Source of the DNA: Synechocystis sp. PCC 6803 substr. PCC-P
GTDB lineage: Bacteria; Cyanobacteriota; Cyanobacteriia; Cyanobacteriales; Microcystaceae
Length of the DNA stretch: 32,000 nt
NCBI RefSeq assembly: GCF_000284455.1
Contig: NC_017039.1
Span: 2,910,001-2,942,000 of the forward strand
Direction: 5' to 3'
The position numbers and the translations under genes were made by a program. The notes under the pieces were generated by a model. The model had not been told where the DNA came from, did not search any database, and saw only the letters and a list, made by a program, of their open reading frames with translations. How positions within the stretch are numbered: the stretch's first letter is position 1; the number at the start of each line of letters is the position of its first letter. Of this stretch, positions 17,531 to 27,459 are shown in pieces.

Positions 17531-18520
17531 TTAAGACCGCTCCACAGCTTGGGAAAACAGTCGAGAATTGATGACAATATCATCTCGAATAATCAGGCGA
17601 TGACCATAACTTTCTAGTAGCAACCGATAGCCTCTAGAAATGACGGATTCTAATTGTCTTTGCACTAACATTTTTTCATTCAAGAGGCGATCGCCGTGAA
17701 TCATCCCCTGGAAACCTTGGACAAAGACCTCCACAGGCACATCCAACTGTTGGGCCACAATGGTAAAAACTTCTTCGGGATTAGTTTCCACCGCATCCAT
17801 CACCTCCAGCCATACCTGAATAAACCGAATTAATTCCTCCTGTTTTTCTTCAACTACTGCTGGACGGGTTATCAGACCATCCACCACCATGCTGTCGATT
17901 TCGGCCGTGGTGTAGATAATGTTTCCCCCAATTTCTTCTGCTGTTTTCTCCAACAGGGGGTCCCAAAGCACCGCTGCGTCAATGGAACCATCTTTGAGGT
18001 GATTGACTCCTTCTTCGTTCGATATGTCAATAATTTCCACTTCATCCAGGTCTAGGTCGTTGGCCCACAGAGCTTCTAGCAAAATTACGTGGGCAAGACT
18101 ACCAAACCGGGCGCTAATCTTTTTGCCAGGCATCTGGGCCATGAAATTTAATCTCGGCCGGGCCACAATGCCGTCGGAACCGGCCGAAACATCGGCAACC
18201 AGGATAAACTCTGGGGTGTCTTGGGGAAAATCCAATTGCATGGCCTGGGGTAGGGGGGCAAAACTGGCATCCTGGTAGCCCCGCATTGTGGCCCGGAGAT
18301 TATCATTCTGTTCTTCAAAATGAACTAATTTAACGTCTAGTCCCCGCTTGGTGAATAGACCCTTAGATTCGGCATACAGAATCACGCTATAGCCAGGCCA
18401 GTCATTCATGCCTACTATGAGCGGCTGTAAAACTTGCTTGGGACGCAGGCTAATTAAGGCGATCGCCGTTAGGATGAGGATAAGCCCAAACCCCAACAGC
18501 TTTTTAAGGGAATACTTCAT
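17531..18520 (-). CDS. ABC-type NitT/TauT-like (SsuA/THI5-like) substrate-binding protein, membrane-anchored or exported
   Basis: MKYSLKKLLGFGLILILTAIALISLRP signal/anchor; IVGMNDWPGYSVILYAESKGLFTKRGLDVKLVHFEEQNDNLRATMRGYQDASFAPLPQAMQL; DGSIDAAVLWDPLLEK. ORF track extends to 18583 but MKYSLKK is the likely start. Confidence 0.88.
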   Translation of the reverse strand: MKYSLKKLLGFGLILILTAIALISLRPKQVLQPLIVGMNDWPGYSVILYAESKGLFTKRGLDVKLVHFEEQNDNLRATMRGYQDASFAPLPQAMQLDFPQDTPEFILVADVSAGSDGIVARPRLNFMAQMPGKKISARFGSLAHVILLEALWANDLDLDEVEIIDISNEEGVNHLKDGSIDAAVLWDPLLEKTAEEIGGNIIYTTAEIDSMVVDGLITRPAVVEEKQEELIRFIQVWLEVMDAVETNPEEVFTIVAQQLDVPVEVFVQGFQGMIHGDRLLNEKMLVQRQLESVISRGYRLLLESYGHRLIIRDDIVINSRLFSQAVERS

Positions 18521-18595
18521 TGCGGTCTGGGAAATATTAAGGGAATTGGCAAATCTGATCAATGCACCTATTCCGGCCAACACATTCAGTAACCT

Positions 18596-19210
18596 ATGGA
18601 AAAATCACCGTTGAGTCCCCCCGGCTATTGCCTTTATAAAGGGACTACCAGAGATCGGCGGTTACTGGTGGATTTTCTGGAGCGTACCTACCATTCCCTT
18701 TTCCCGGAACTGTGCGACTTTCCCCATTTAGAACAAACAGTGGAAAGCTATTTTTCTTGGCGATCGCCATTGTGGTGGGTTGTGCCGGAAACGACCCAAG
18801 GAAATTCTAATCATAACGACCATGATAGCCCTTTTTTTCCACGGGAAGATCCCCTGGGATTAATGGCCCAAATCAATCCGACAATTGGGCCAGCCGATGG
18901 TTTTAATCAAACAAATTCGGCAGAGAAAATCACTCGTCCCCAACCCATTGCCGGCCTTTGGTTAGGTAACGCCATTGATCAGGTCACAGGCGATCGCCAT
19001 GGACATATTTTCATGCTCTATGTGGAGCCGGCCCACCGTCGTCGGGGCATTGCTACTTCCTTGATGGAACAGGCCCAACAATGGGGCCAACAAAGAGGTG
19101 ATCGATTAATAGCATTGCAGGTTTTTAGCCATAACCAAGGGGCAATGAAATTATATGAAAAATTTGGTTTTACTCCCCATGCTTTGGTCATGCAAAAAAG
19201 CTTGATATAA
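18596..19210 (+). CDS. GNAT family N-acetyltransferase
   Basis: IFMLYVEPAHRRRGIATSLMEQAQQWGQQRGDRLIALQVFSHNQGAMKLYEKFGFTPHALVMQKSL carries the canonical acetyl-CoA binding motif (RRRGIA) and C-terminal YEKFGF. Confidence 0.92.
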   Translation: MEKSPLSPPGYCLYKGTTRDRRLLVDFLERTYHSLFPELCDFPHLEQTVESYFSWRSPLWWVVPETTQGNSNHNDHDSPFFPREDPLGLMAQINPTIGPADGFNQTNSAEKITRPQPIAGLWLGNAIDQVTGDRHGHIFMLYVEPAHRRRGIATSLMEQAQQWGQQRGDRLIALQVFSHNQGAMKLYEKFGFTPHALVMQKSLI

Positions 19211-19303
19211 TCGAGATATATCTAGGAAATAGGTTCACCAAAAAAGAGTCTAAGTATTAATTTACCAGCCTAGATTGTCGGATTAAACGGAAGGTAAAAT
19301 AAA

Positions 19304-19837
19304 ATGAAACTTTTACCACTTCTCCCCCTATTTGGCTTGACAGTGGCCTTAGCGATTCCCTCTATGGCTATTTTGGGTGGACCTAGGCAAATCCAAGCCC
19401 AAAGCCCTTATGTTCGTTATGAGTCAGTCAATTATCCCCAGCGTTACATACGTCACAGAAACTATCTGGGCTACATTGAACCCGTCAAGACAAGCTTAGA
19501 TGAATTGGATTCTAGTTTTCGCGTCACAACAGGATTAGCAAACCCTAATTGCATTTCTTTAGAATCTAGAAACTTTCCGAATTACTTCCTAAGACATAGA
19601 AACTATCGCATAATTTTGTCTGCCAATGAAAACAATGATCTTTTTAGGCAGGATGCAACTTTTTGTCCAAGAAATGGATTAAATTCCCAAGGGGGAGTAT
19701 CATTTGAATCAAACAATTATCCAGGTCACTATATTCGACATCGAAACTTTGAACTGTGGCTTGATAAATTTAGCGGATTTACAGAAAGCACAATTTTCAG
19801 AAATGACGCTACTTTCATTCAAAGAGATGTACCTTAA
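19304..19837 (+). CDS. Secreted three-repeat beta-trefoil protein (AbfB/alpha-L-arabinofuranosidase-B-like carbohydrate-binding fold), no catalytic domain
   Basis: Signal peptide MKLLPLLPLFGLTVALAIPSMA and three copies of VRYESVNYPQRYIRHRNY / ISLESRNFPNYFLRHRNY / VSFESNNYPGHYIRHRNF. Confidence 0.85.
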   Translation: MKLLPLLPLFGLTVALAIPSMAILGGPRQIQAQSPYVRYESVNYPQRYIRHRNYLGYIEPVKTSLDELDSSFRVTTGLANPNCISLESRNFPNYFLRHRNYRIILSANENNDLFRQDATFCPRNGLNSQGGVSFESNNYPGHYIRHRNFELWLDKFSGFTESTIFRNDATFIQRDVP

Positions 19838-20065
19838 AATAGTTGTCAGTTTTTAACCCAACTCAAAGTCGTTAGCATCGCTTATTTTCAGCATAATTTG
19901 GCTAAGTGCCTTGGAATCAATAAAGCCTAGTTATGCACAAAATAATCCGGCGCTCTTTAGCAGTAAAGTGATTTCATTTTCGAGATCTAGATTTGGGGCT
20001 AGTCTTGCCGAGAAAGACTTTCTAAGGCAGGATTAACAGTGGCAGATTCCCCGGTAAGGCCCTCC

Positions 20066-20341
20066 ATGTCCCATTCCTACCATTGTCGTATTTACGTTAC
20101 CCTACGTCCCTCCGTGCTTGACCCCGCTGGGACTGCTGTGCAATCTGGTTTGCAACAATTGGGCTACGATGGCGTTTCCCAGGTCAGAATTGGTAAATAC
20201 ATTGAGTTAACCCTCGAGGCCCCGGACGAAGCCACCGCTTCCCAACAGCTAGACACCATGTGTGACCAACTATTGGCCAATACGGTGATCGAAAATTATT
20301 GCTTTGAAATTACCGCCCTAGAAGGTGCCGTCACACCATGA
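20066..20341 (+). CDS. purS: Phosphoribosylformylglycinamidine synthase subunit PurS
   Basis: [48 protein letters not shown]. The upstream GTG at 20039 is an alternative start. Confidence 0.93.
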   Translation: MSHSYHCRIYVTLRPSVLDPAGTAVQSGLQQLGYDGVSQVRIGKYIELTLEAPDEATASQQLDTMCDQLLANTVIENYCFEITALEGAVTP

Positions 20342-21012
20342 CCAGTTTTGGTATTATTGTTTTCCCCGGTTCCAACTGCGATCGGGACATTGCCACCGTC
20401 ACCGCCGGTTTATTAGACCAGCCAACTCGATTTATTTGGCACCAAGAAACCGATCTCCACGGGGTAGATGTGGTGGTTTTGCCAGGGGGCTTCAGCTACG
20501 GTGATTATCTCCGCTGTGGGGCGATCGCCAGATTTTCTCCTATTATGACCGCCATCATTGACCATGCCAACGCAGGCAAAAGGGTGTTGGGTATCTGTAA
20601 CGGTTTTCAGGTGCTAACGGAAGTTGGTTTACTGCCGGGGGCTTTAATTCGCAATCGGGATTTACATTTCATCTGTGACCGGGTGACCGTGCGGGTTGAA
20701 AGTAACCAGACAGTCTGGACAAAGGGTTACCAATCCCAACAGGTAATCACCCTTCCCATTGCCCACGGCGAGGGCCGCTATTTTGCTGATGGGGATACGT
20801 TGAAAGCCTTGGAGGATAACGAGCAAATTCTCTTCCGCTACAGCAACGCCCAGGGGGAATTGACAACGGACAGCAATCCCAACGGTTCTTTGCACAATAT
20901 TGCTGGCATTACCAATGTCCAAGGTAATGTGCTGGGCATGATGCCCCACCCAGAACGGGCGGCCGATCGCCTACTCAAGGCCACTGATGGCCTGGCCATG
21001 TTTATCAGTTAG
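20338..21012 (+). CDS. purQ: Phosphoribosylformylglycinamidine synthase subunit PurQ
   Basis: [41 protein letters not shown] (glutaminase Cys), [16 protein letters not shown] overlap with purS. Confidence 0.97.
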   Translation: MTSFGIIVFPGSNCDRDIATVTAGLLDQPTRFIWHQETDLHGVDVVVLPGGFSYGDYLRCGAIARFSPIMTAIIDHANAGKRVLGICNGFQVLTEVGLLPGALIRNRDLHFICDRVTVRVESNQTVWTKGYQSQQVITLPIAHGEGRYFADGDTLKALEDNEQILFRYSNAQGELTTDSNPNGSLHNIAGITNVQGNVLGMMPHPERAADRLLKATDGLAMFIS

Positions 21013-22000
21013 GTTAGTCCATGAAGGCAAGTATGGCCTATTCACATCTAAACGAAGAGGATCATTAACTTTGCTCACCGGAGCTAAACGCTTAACGTTA
21101 ACGGAGTGGAAAACCATTGGCCTCCTGCTGACCATGGTCACTACCCAGGTGTTGGGGGATATTTGGCTCAGCCGGGGCATGAAAGTGTTCGGCGCAGTGG
21201 AAGATTATAGTCTTGCAGGTTTGTGGACATTGTTTCTCTATCTGCTCACTTCCCCCTGGATTGTGGTGGGGGTAATCACGTTACTGTTTGCCCTGTTTCT
21301 CTATTTCACCGCTACATCCCGGCTGGATTTAAGTTTAGTTCTGCCCCTATTTTCTTCCAGCTACATTCTCAATGCCCTACTGGCATGGCTAATACTGGGG
21401 GAAGAAGTTTCCTTTTACCGTTGGCTGGCCACTTTTATGATCGCCAGTGGAGTATTTATTGTCTGTTGGTCAGAACATCGCCACCGTTCCCAACTAATGG
21501 GGGAAAAGTTTAGCCCGACCCCAGCCCCGGTCGTACCAGTTAAGTCTTCCCGGCGATCGCCATTGTGGTTATTTCCTGTGGGCATTGCCCTTTCTCGGGT
21601 TTGGTTTGGCATTTTGATTTTAATTTTCACCGATTCCGCTGGGGACGTACTCATTGCCCGGGGCATGAAACAAATTGGCCCTGTGAGGTTACAATCGCCC
21701 CTGAAAATGGTCAAGTTAATTGGTCGTATTCTTTCCCATCCCTCAGTGTTAGGGGGCATTGGTTGCCAAACCATCAGTTTTGTTACTTTTATTTCCCTGC
21801 TCAGTTGGACCGATATTAGCCTGATCCGACCAGCGGGGGCATTGGGTTACGTCATGAGCCTATTGGGGGCCAAATTTTTGCTGAAAGAAACCATTCCCCT
21901 GGCTCGGTGGCTGGGCATCGGCGTGATTACCGCTGGGGTAGCCCTTATCGCCCTCGACGAAGTTAATTTGGTGGATCAAATTTTGCTATTTTTCCTGTAG
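20987..22000 (+). CDS. EamA/DMT-superfamily transporter-like membrane protein (start uncertain, probably downstream of 20987)
   Basis: Ten hydrophobic segments in two halves, e.g. [49 protein letters not shown] and [47 protein letters not shown] (EamA duplicated domain). Confidence 0.8.
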   Translation: MAWPCLSVRLVHEGKYGLFTSKRRGSLTLLTGAKRLTLTEWKTIGLLLTMVTTQVLGDIWLSRGMKVFGAVEDYSLAGLWTLFLYLLTSPWIVVGVITLLFALFLYFTATSRLDLSLVLPLFSSSYILNALLAWLILGEEVSFYRWLATFMIASGVFIVCWSEHRHRSQLMGEKFSPTPAPVVPVKSSRRSPLWLFPVGIALSRVWFGILILIFTDSAGDVLIARGMKQIGPVRLQSPLKMVKLIGRILSHPSVLGGIGCQTISFVTFISLLSWTDISLIRPAGALGYVMSLLGAKFLLKETIPLARWLGIGVITAGVALIALDEVNLVDQILLFFL

Positions 22001-22257
22001 ACAAAGCAATTTGGCGATCGGCCTAGTTGTTTATTCTAGTCCCATCAAGGAGCAGTGGAATAGCAAGATCCATTACTAAAAGCATTTTAAAAATTATTCA
22101 ATGGAATTATTTTATTTGTCCCAAAGTATTGACATAGCTATTGATTAACTTTCTGACTAAAATAGTCCACCATCACAGTTAATCAATTTACACAATTCCA
22201 CCCATAAATAACCCACTTCCTCATTAAAATTGAGATATCCGAATTGGAATTTTAATT

Positions 22258-23148
22258 ATGAAGACTTCTATTTTATCTGCATCAACTTTGCTGATTCTTG
22301 GCTTAACCAGTTTAATTCCAGCCATGGCCCAATCTCAAAGTATTACCTGCTTGAGGGAGGGCAGTTTTATTACCTGTCCTGGCTATGGACGTTTTGATTA
22401 TACTTCTGATAATCGTTATAACCGTGAGTCAGAGATAAATAACCTTTTTATACAGGTTTTGGGGCGTAACGCCACCAGCAATGAATTACGGGACTTTACC
22501 CAGACTATTAATAACCGAGGTTGGTCTTTGGCACAAGTCAGAGAAAACCTAGTTAATAGTGAAGAATTTTACCAATCTGTTAATAGCTTTTACCGAGAAT
22601 CCTTAGGCCGAAATATTGATGACAATGGCTTAATGCATTATCGTAGTGTAGTTGTTAATGGCCAAAACTTAGGAAATATTCGCAACGAAATCAACAATAG
22701 CACTGAAGCCAGAAACTTAAATAATGGCGGTAATTATAACCAAGGCAATAATTCTGTACGACAACGTCAATTCAATGACATGTATGTTCAAGTGTTGGGT
22801 CGTAATGCCAACTCCAACGATGTAAGGGATTACAATCGGTCAATGAACAGTAATCGTAATTATTCCTTGCTCGAAGCCCGTCAAGATTTGGTAAACAGCC
22901 AAAAATTTAAAACAGCAATGGATAGCTTATATCAACAATATTTAGGACGTAATGCTGACACAGTGGGGCTACAAGGTTATCGCAATGCAGTCATGGCTGG
23001 TAGTACTTTTGATAATATCAAAAATGAAATCTCCAATAGTCCTGAAGCTGAACGATATCAAGACAATAGCGATAATTCAAGCAATCCATCCAGTGGGACT
23101 TCAATCATGAAAGGGCTTCTTTGTGGAATTACTAATATATGTTTTTGA
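22258..23148 (+). CDS. Secreted protein with two tandem DUF4214-like repeats
   Basis: Signal peptide MKTSILSASTLLILGLTSLIPAMAQ. Duplicated unit NNLFIQVLGRNATSNELRDF...LVNSEEFYQSVNSFYRESLGRNIDDNGLMHYR and NDMYVQVLGRNANSNDVRDY...LVNSQKFKTAMDSLYQQYLGRNADTVGLQGYR. Confidence 0.75.
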   Translation: MKTSILSASTLLILGLTSLIPAMAQSQSITCLREGSFITCPGYGRFDYTSDNRYNRESEINNLFIQVLGRNATSNELRDFTQTINNRGWSLAQVRENLVNSEEFYQSVNSFYRESLGRNIDDNGLMHYRSVVVNGQNLGNIRNEINNSTEARNLNNGGNYNQGNNSVRQRQFNDMYVQVLGRNANSNDVRDYNRSMNSNRNYSLLEARQDLVNSQKFKTAMDSLYQQYLGRNADTVGLQGYRNAVMAGSTFDNIKNEISNSPEAERYQDNSDNSSNPSSGTSIMKGLLCGITNICF

Positions 23149-23191
23149 TGAATTTCACAAATAAAATCAAGGAGTTCATTTAAAAAAAATT

Positions 23192-23230
23192 GAGAGAAAG
23201 GGGTAAAGGCAGCAATATCTCTCTTTTTTT
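23192..23230 (+). terminator. Possible intrinsic terminator downstream of the DUF4214-like gene
   Basis: GAGAGA ... TCTCTC followed by a run of seven T (TCTCTCTTTTTTT), preceded by an A-tract. The loop is long. Confidence 0.4.
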
Positions 23231-23298
23231 TAAATTTATAGCGGCAGCAAAAGCATATTTCAATTAAGGAAAAATACAAAATTAGAACTTTAAAACTC

Positions 23299-25356
23299 CT
23301 ATTTCCAATTTTCAAAGCTGGTGAAAATAGACGTGTTGGGAAAAGCTGTCGGGTTGCCAGTACTGTCAATTTTGCGCCGCAACTGTAACAATTTTTGATT
23401 GGCAATTAAAGCGGTTTGATTTACCAATTGATAGGGTAAATAATCATTTTGCAACGCATCCGCCGCCACAATACCCGCCGCCGCCCCAGAAGACCATTCA
23501 AAGGAATGCACCCGATAGGCCGCCGCCGCAATATGACTAGTGGCAATGGTTTTTCCCACCACTAAGAGATTATCGACGCGTTGGGGAATCATGGCCCGCA
23601 GGGGAATTTGGAACGGGTAGGAAGGAGTATGGGCTTGGCGTTCCCCCGGTCGCTCGATGTTGCCGGGTTTTTCCACTGGATATTCCAGATAACAGGGATG
23701 AAAATCAATGTTGTAATGGCCAATGCCCACGGAATCAGGATACATGGTGGCCCGCTGGCGACGCTCCACTGCATCGGGGGAAAGGCTACCATCAAGCACA
23801 TCCAAACCGTCAATGCCCGCTAGCTCTGCGTGTAAACGACGGTAATCCCTAGGAGAAAGATTTTCCCGGTAAAAATCGTCTTTAAAATCCTGGCGGGAAA
23901 TATCCGTTTCATTGATTTCAAATCCGTTGGGGTAAATAAAATCCGGCCGGCCAATGATTCTGCGCCCTTCCCGAATATAGGGAAACTTGGAAAGACCATG
24001 CTCGGTGCCCATGGGACTATCCAGCCCCTTCAGCAAACGGTTATTGGGATTGGGCGTTTTGACATTGTCGCCCAGCTTGGCATCGGTGGTACCCGCCACT
24101 AACCAATGGTAAAAACCCAAGGCGATTTTTTCGCCATTGGCTAAGCTTTCCGTCCGCAGTCCCCCTAGCCAACCCCCTGGTTCCAGTTGTCCTGTTTGTT
24201 GTAGTTGCTCTCTGGTGTAAACAAAATTGTCCCTAGGAGTACCGGGAGTGTAATCGTTTCCCGGCAACCAGTTTTGCATGGAAATTTCCCCTGGCTGGGT
24301 GGGACTAACCCCAAAGCGATTTTTCGGTTGGTTAGGGGTAGCAGGCTCAAAAATACCTAGCCCATCGGGACTCCAAATGCGTCGATAGGTAAACAGCGCA
24401 TCAAAATCAAACCGGGATTGGTCGTAGCTGTAATAGGGAGTAAATCTTTGGTAAAAATCCGGCTCTGGTTGGGGTTGGGGCTCGGTGGTGGCCTCCATGG
24501 CAAAGGTGTAGGTGAAGCCCTGGGTACAGTAGGCAAAGCCTTCCACACTAGAAGAGGAGGGATCAAGATAGGTGCGGGGATCCACTCCTACCCGGTAGGG
24601 CACATCTGCTAAACCAATTAATTCCCCGGTTTCCGTAGCTTCCACCACCAACCATTGGGCTGTTCTACCCTGGTTACTTTGGGGCGCAGTGAAGTTAATG
24701 ATAGTTTTAGTGAATTGCTCCGAATCTTCGTAGCGGTAACTATCTTCAATGGTCTGGGATAAAAACTGACTGTTCAACGGTGGGGCGTTGGGAGCCGGTT
24801 GGTGCTGAATGGCGATCGCCTGAATAATTTCTTCTCCTGCTTCCCCAAGGGCGGTGGGGGCTAAGACTAATTCTTTGATAACCGTGTTAGGAAACCATTG
24901 CAGAGTGCCCTGGCCTTTCTTTTCTGCATCCTCCAGCATTGCCATCAGAATGTCATGGCCATCCTTGGGTAGGAAACAAGAAGAGCGGCTTACCCAGCAT
25001 TTGCCGGGATTTTGCACACCGTAGAAATCCTTAATCCGTTGCCGTAGCTCCAGATAACCCCGGGGATAAAACAACTTATCCGTTTGGGTTGGCCGTTCAT
25101 CGAGGGCGGCGGTGCCCTGGGAAGTAAGTTGACCCCCCACCCAATCCGTCAGCTCCGTCATGCAAACATTTTTCCCCGCCAACAGACCTTCATAGGCCGT
25201 TGCTGTGCCGGCTAATCCACCCCCCACTATCAAAATTTCGCACTCCACTGTCTTGTCCACTGGCCTGGGAGGAGCAGTTTGCCCAGGGGCGATCGGCCAG
25301 GAAAAAATTGCCAGAAAAATAGCCGCAACAGTTCGGCGGCAGTAGGTAATCATCAA
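23299..25356 (-). CDS. Exported FAD-dependent oxidoreductase
   Basis: Signal-like MMITYCRRTVAAIFLAIFSWPIA; ECEILIVGGGLAGTATAYEGLLAGKNVCMTE (GxGxxG FAD motif); C-terminal VDNLLVVGKTIATSHIAAAAYRVHSFEWSSGAAAGIVAADAL. Confidence 0.87.
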   Translation of the reverse strand: MMITYCRRTVAAIFLAIFSWPIAPGQTAPPRPVDKTVECEILIVGGGLAGTATAYEGLLAGKNVCMTELTDWVGGQLTSQGTAALDERPTQTDKLFYPRGYLELRQRIKDFYGVQNPGKCWVSRSSCFLPKDGHDILMAMLEDAEKKGQGTLQWFPNTVIKELVLAPTALGEAGEEIIQAIAIQHQPAPNAPPLNSQFLSQTIEDSYRYEDSEQFTKTIINFTAPQSNQGRTAQWLVVEATETGELIGLADVPYRVGVDPRTYLDPSSSSVEGFAYCTQGFTYTFAMEATTEPQPQPEPDFYQRFTPYYSYDQSRFDFDALFTYRRIWSPDGLGIFEPATPNQPKNRFGVSPTQPGEISMQNWLPGNDYTPGTPRDNFVYTREQLQQTGQLEPGGWLGGLRTESLANGEKIALGFYHWLVAGTTDAKLGDNVKTPNPNNRLLKGLDSPMGTEHGLSKFPYIREGRRIIGRPDFIYPNGFEINETDISRQDFKDDFYRENLSPRDYRRLHAELAGIDGLDVLDGSLSPDAVERRQRATMYPDSVGIGHYNIDFHPCYLEYPVEKPGNIERPGERQAHTPSYPFQIPLRAMIPQRVDNLLVVGKTIATSHIAAAAYRVHSFEWSSGAAAGIVAADALQNDYLPYQLVNQTALIANQKLLQLRRKIDSTGNPTAFPNTSIFTSFENWK

Positions 25357-25575
25357 AGTTATCGCTACTCAATGCAATTAATAAAAACCAAGGAAATGCC
25401 GTTGGTAAAGATCACACAGATAAGATTGAATTAGTGTCAATCTAACCTGAATCTAAACCTGAGGGACAATTTAAAATCACAGGTTCAGAAGGCGGGGACA
25501 AAAATTATCCTTGACCCGTCTTTGCCAGTCTTGTCAATCGAAACCCCGACAAAAGTCCCCCATAGGATAAACCAA

Positions 25576-26136
25576 CTAGCGGTTAATACTCACAATCCAA
25601 GTCCCTAAATAAACTCGGACGGGAATATCACCGGATACCATGGCATCGGCCACCATGTAATAAGTTCCAAGGCTGGGGTTAGTAACATTGGAAAGGGTAA
25701 TGGTCACCTGACTGTTGGGTTCTGCTGGCTCTGCCAAAACAATCTGTAAAAAGCGACTTTCTTTGTCCCAAACCACATCTTCAATTTCAATGTTTCCCTG
25801 GCGTTTAGTTTCAACCCGGACTTTATCTACATCGAAAGTGCCATCAAAATTTTCGGGGTAGGAAACGTATAGAACTTTCGCCCCCTGGGTCATTTTCTTG
25901 GCGGGGATATACAGTTTATAGCGGTCCCTTTGACCAGAACGACCGTTGAATTGTAAGTAGTAATCCAGAATATCGCTACGATTATCCACCCCACTAAAAA
26001 TAGTGAATCCAGAGTTACCTTGGGCAAAACCAATGGCAGGCAACCCCATCACCAAAACACCACTTAGGGAGAGAAGCGCGAGTAGTTTTTTGGACAATTT
26101 AGCTTGGGAAAATTTAGGCATAGATGGCATAGACAT
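25576..26136 (-). CDS. DUF2808-like secreted protein
   Basis: N-terminal hydrophobic signal (LLALLSLSGVLVMGLPAIGFAQG) then YKLYIPAKKMTQGAKVLYVSYPENFDGTFDVDKVRVE...NPSLGTYYMVADAMVSGDIPVRVYLGTWIVSI, typical of cyanobacterial DUF2808 proteins. Confidence 0.75.
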   Translation of the reverse strand: MSMPSMPKFSQAKLSKKLLALLSLSGVLVMGLPAIGFAQGNSGFTIFSGVDNRSDILDYYLQFNGRSGQRDRYKLYIPAKKMTQGAKVLYVSYPENFDGTFDVDKVRVETKRQGNIEIEDVVWDKESRFLQIVLAEPAEPNSQVTITLSNVTNPSLGTYYMVADAMVSGDIPVRVYLGTWIVSINR

Positions 26137-26457
26137 GGCTTGGCCTCCGAGGAAATTGAGATGGAAAAGGGGGAATGTCTAGTGGAAATCTATTTGAGAA
26201 ATCCTCAAGAGTTAGCAATTGAGGCAACAGAACCGGGCATAGAACAAAGCTTGCAAACAAGCCTGAGCCCGAAAATAGTAACTGGATGACGGCATTGACC
26301 GCCCAACTACTAGCATAGCCAAAGAAATTGCCGAACCAAGGCATGGCCCAAGGCGGCATCAGCTTCAAATTACTTAACCAAGACTATCACCCCGTCCCAG
26401 CTTTGGCCAGCCTGGCTATCCAGCTTTACCATTGTCCACAAAAAATTATTGTTATTC

Positions 26458-27459
26458 CTAGCGGAACATACTGCTGACGGAGCTTTCCTCGTGGATGCGC
26501 CAAATCGCTTCCCCAATTAAATTAGCCACGGAAAGAATAGTCAGTTGGGGAAAATGATGATCGTCAGGCACGGGAATGGTATTGGTAACAATCACCTCTT
26601 CAAACAAGCCACCAGAAAGGCGATTGATGGCCGGCTCCGAGAAAACAGCATGGGTGGCACAGGCATAGACCTGACGAGCGCCCTGGGCCCGGAGCAAACG
26701 GGAGCCTTCCGACAAAGTACCAGCGGTGTCGATCATGTCATCCACTAGCACGGCGGTTTTTCCGTCCACGTCACCTATGAGATTTAATACTTCTGCAACG
26801 TTATGGCTCTGACGACGTTTATCAATAATGGCCAGGGGGGCATCGTTTAACTTTTTGGCAAAGGCCCGAGCCCGGGCTACCCCTCCCACGTCGGGGGAAA
26901 CCACCACTAAGTCAGTTAGTTGCTTACTTTTTAGGTAGTCGATAATAACGGGGGAACCGTACATGTGGTCGCAGGGAATGTCAAAATAACCCTGGATCTG
27001 GGCAGAGTGGAGGTCCATAGCTAAAACCCGTTGGGCCCCGGCACCGGTGATGAGATTAGCAACTAACTTGGCCGAGATGGATTCCCGACCAGCGGTTTTA
27101 CGATCTGCCCTCGCATAACCGTAATAGGGCAACACGGCGGTAATCTGGCGGGCTGAAGCACGACGGCAGGCATCGATCATGATCAGCAATTCCATCAAGT
27201 TATCGTTAACCGGATGGCAGCAGGGTTGGATCAGATAAACGTCACCGCCCCGAATGGATTCCTGGATTTGAATGTAGAGTTCTCCATCGGCAAACCGTTT
27301 CCGCAACATGGGGCCGATGTCCATGCCCAAATAACGGGCCACTTCTTGGGATAAAGATGGGTTGGATGATCCGGAAAAAAGACGTAAGCGATTGTTGTCA
27401 GATAAGGCAGACAGCATCGATTGACGTGTTAAAGTAGCGATACGGCTCACGGCAGACAC
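26458..27459 (-). CDS. prs: Ribose-phosphate pyrophosphokinase
   Basis: LFSGSSNPSLSQEVARYLG, FADGELYIQIQESIRGGDVYLIQPCCHPVNDNLMELLIMIDACRRASA, PYYGYARADRK, VVVSPDVGGVARARAFAK, AVLVDDMIDTAGTL (PRPP loop). Confidence 0.97.
   Translation of the reverse strand: MSAVSRIATLTRQSMLSALSDNNRLRLFSGSSNPSLSQEVARYLGMDIGPMLRKRFADGELYIQIQESIRGGDVYLIQPCCHPVNDNLMELLIMIDACRRASARQITAVLPYYGYARADRKTAGRESISAKLVANLITGAGAQRVLAMDLHSAQIQGYFDIPCDHMYGSPVIIDYLKSKQLTDLVVVSPDVGGVARARAFAKKLNDAPLAIIDKRRQSHNVAEVLNLIGDVDGKTAVLVDDMIDTAGTLSEGSRLLRAQGARQVYACATHAVFSEPAINRLSGGLFEEVIVTNTIPVPDDHHFPQLTILSVANLIGEAIWRIHEESSVSSMFR

Noticed and set aside
22001-22257. CRISPR-like or repeated structure in the AT-rich intergenic region
   Set aside because: No regularly spaced repeats; ordinary AT-rich upstream region.
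25190-25575. Possible regulatory RNA or small ORF between the FAD oxidoreductase and DUF2808-like genes
   Set aside because: The 60-aa ORF is mostly antisense to the oxidoreductase gene and no riboswitch-like structure could be recognised by eye.
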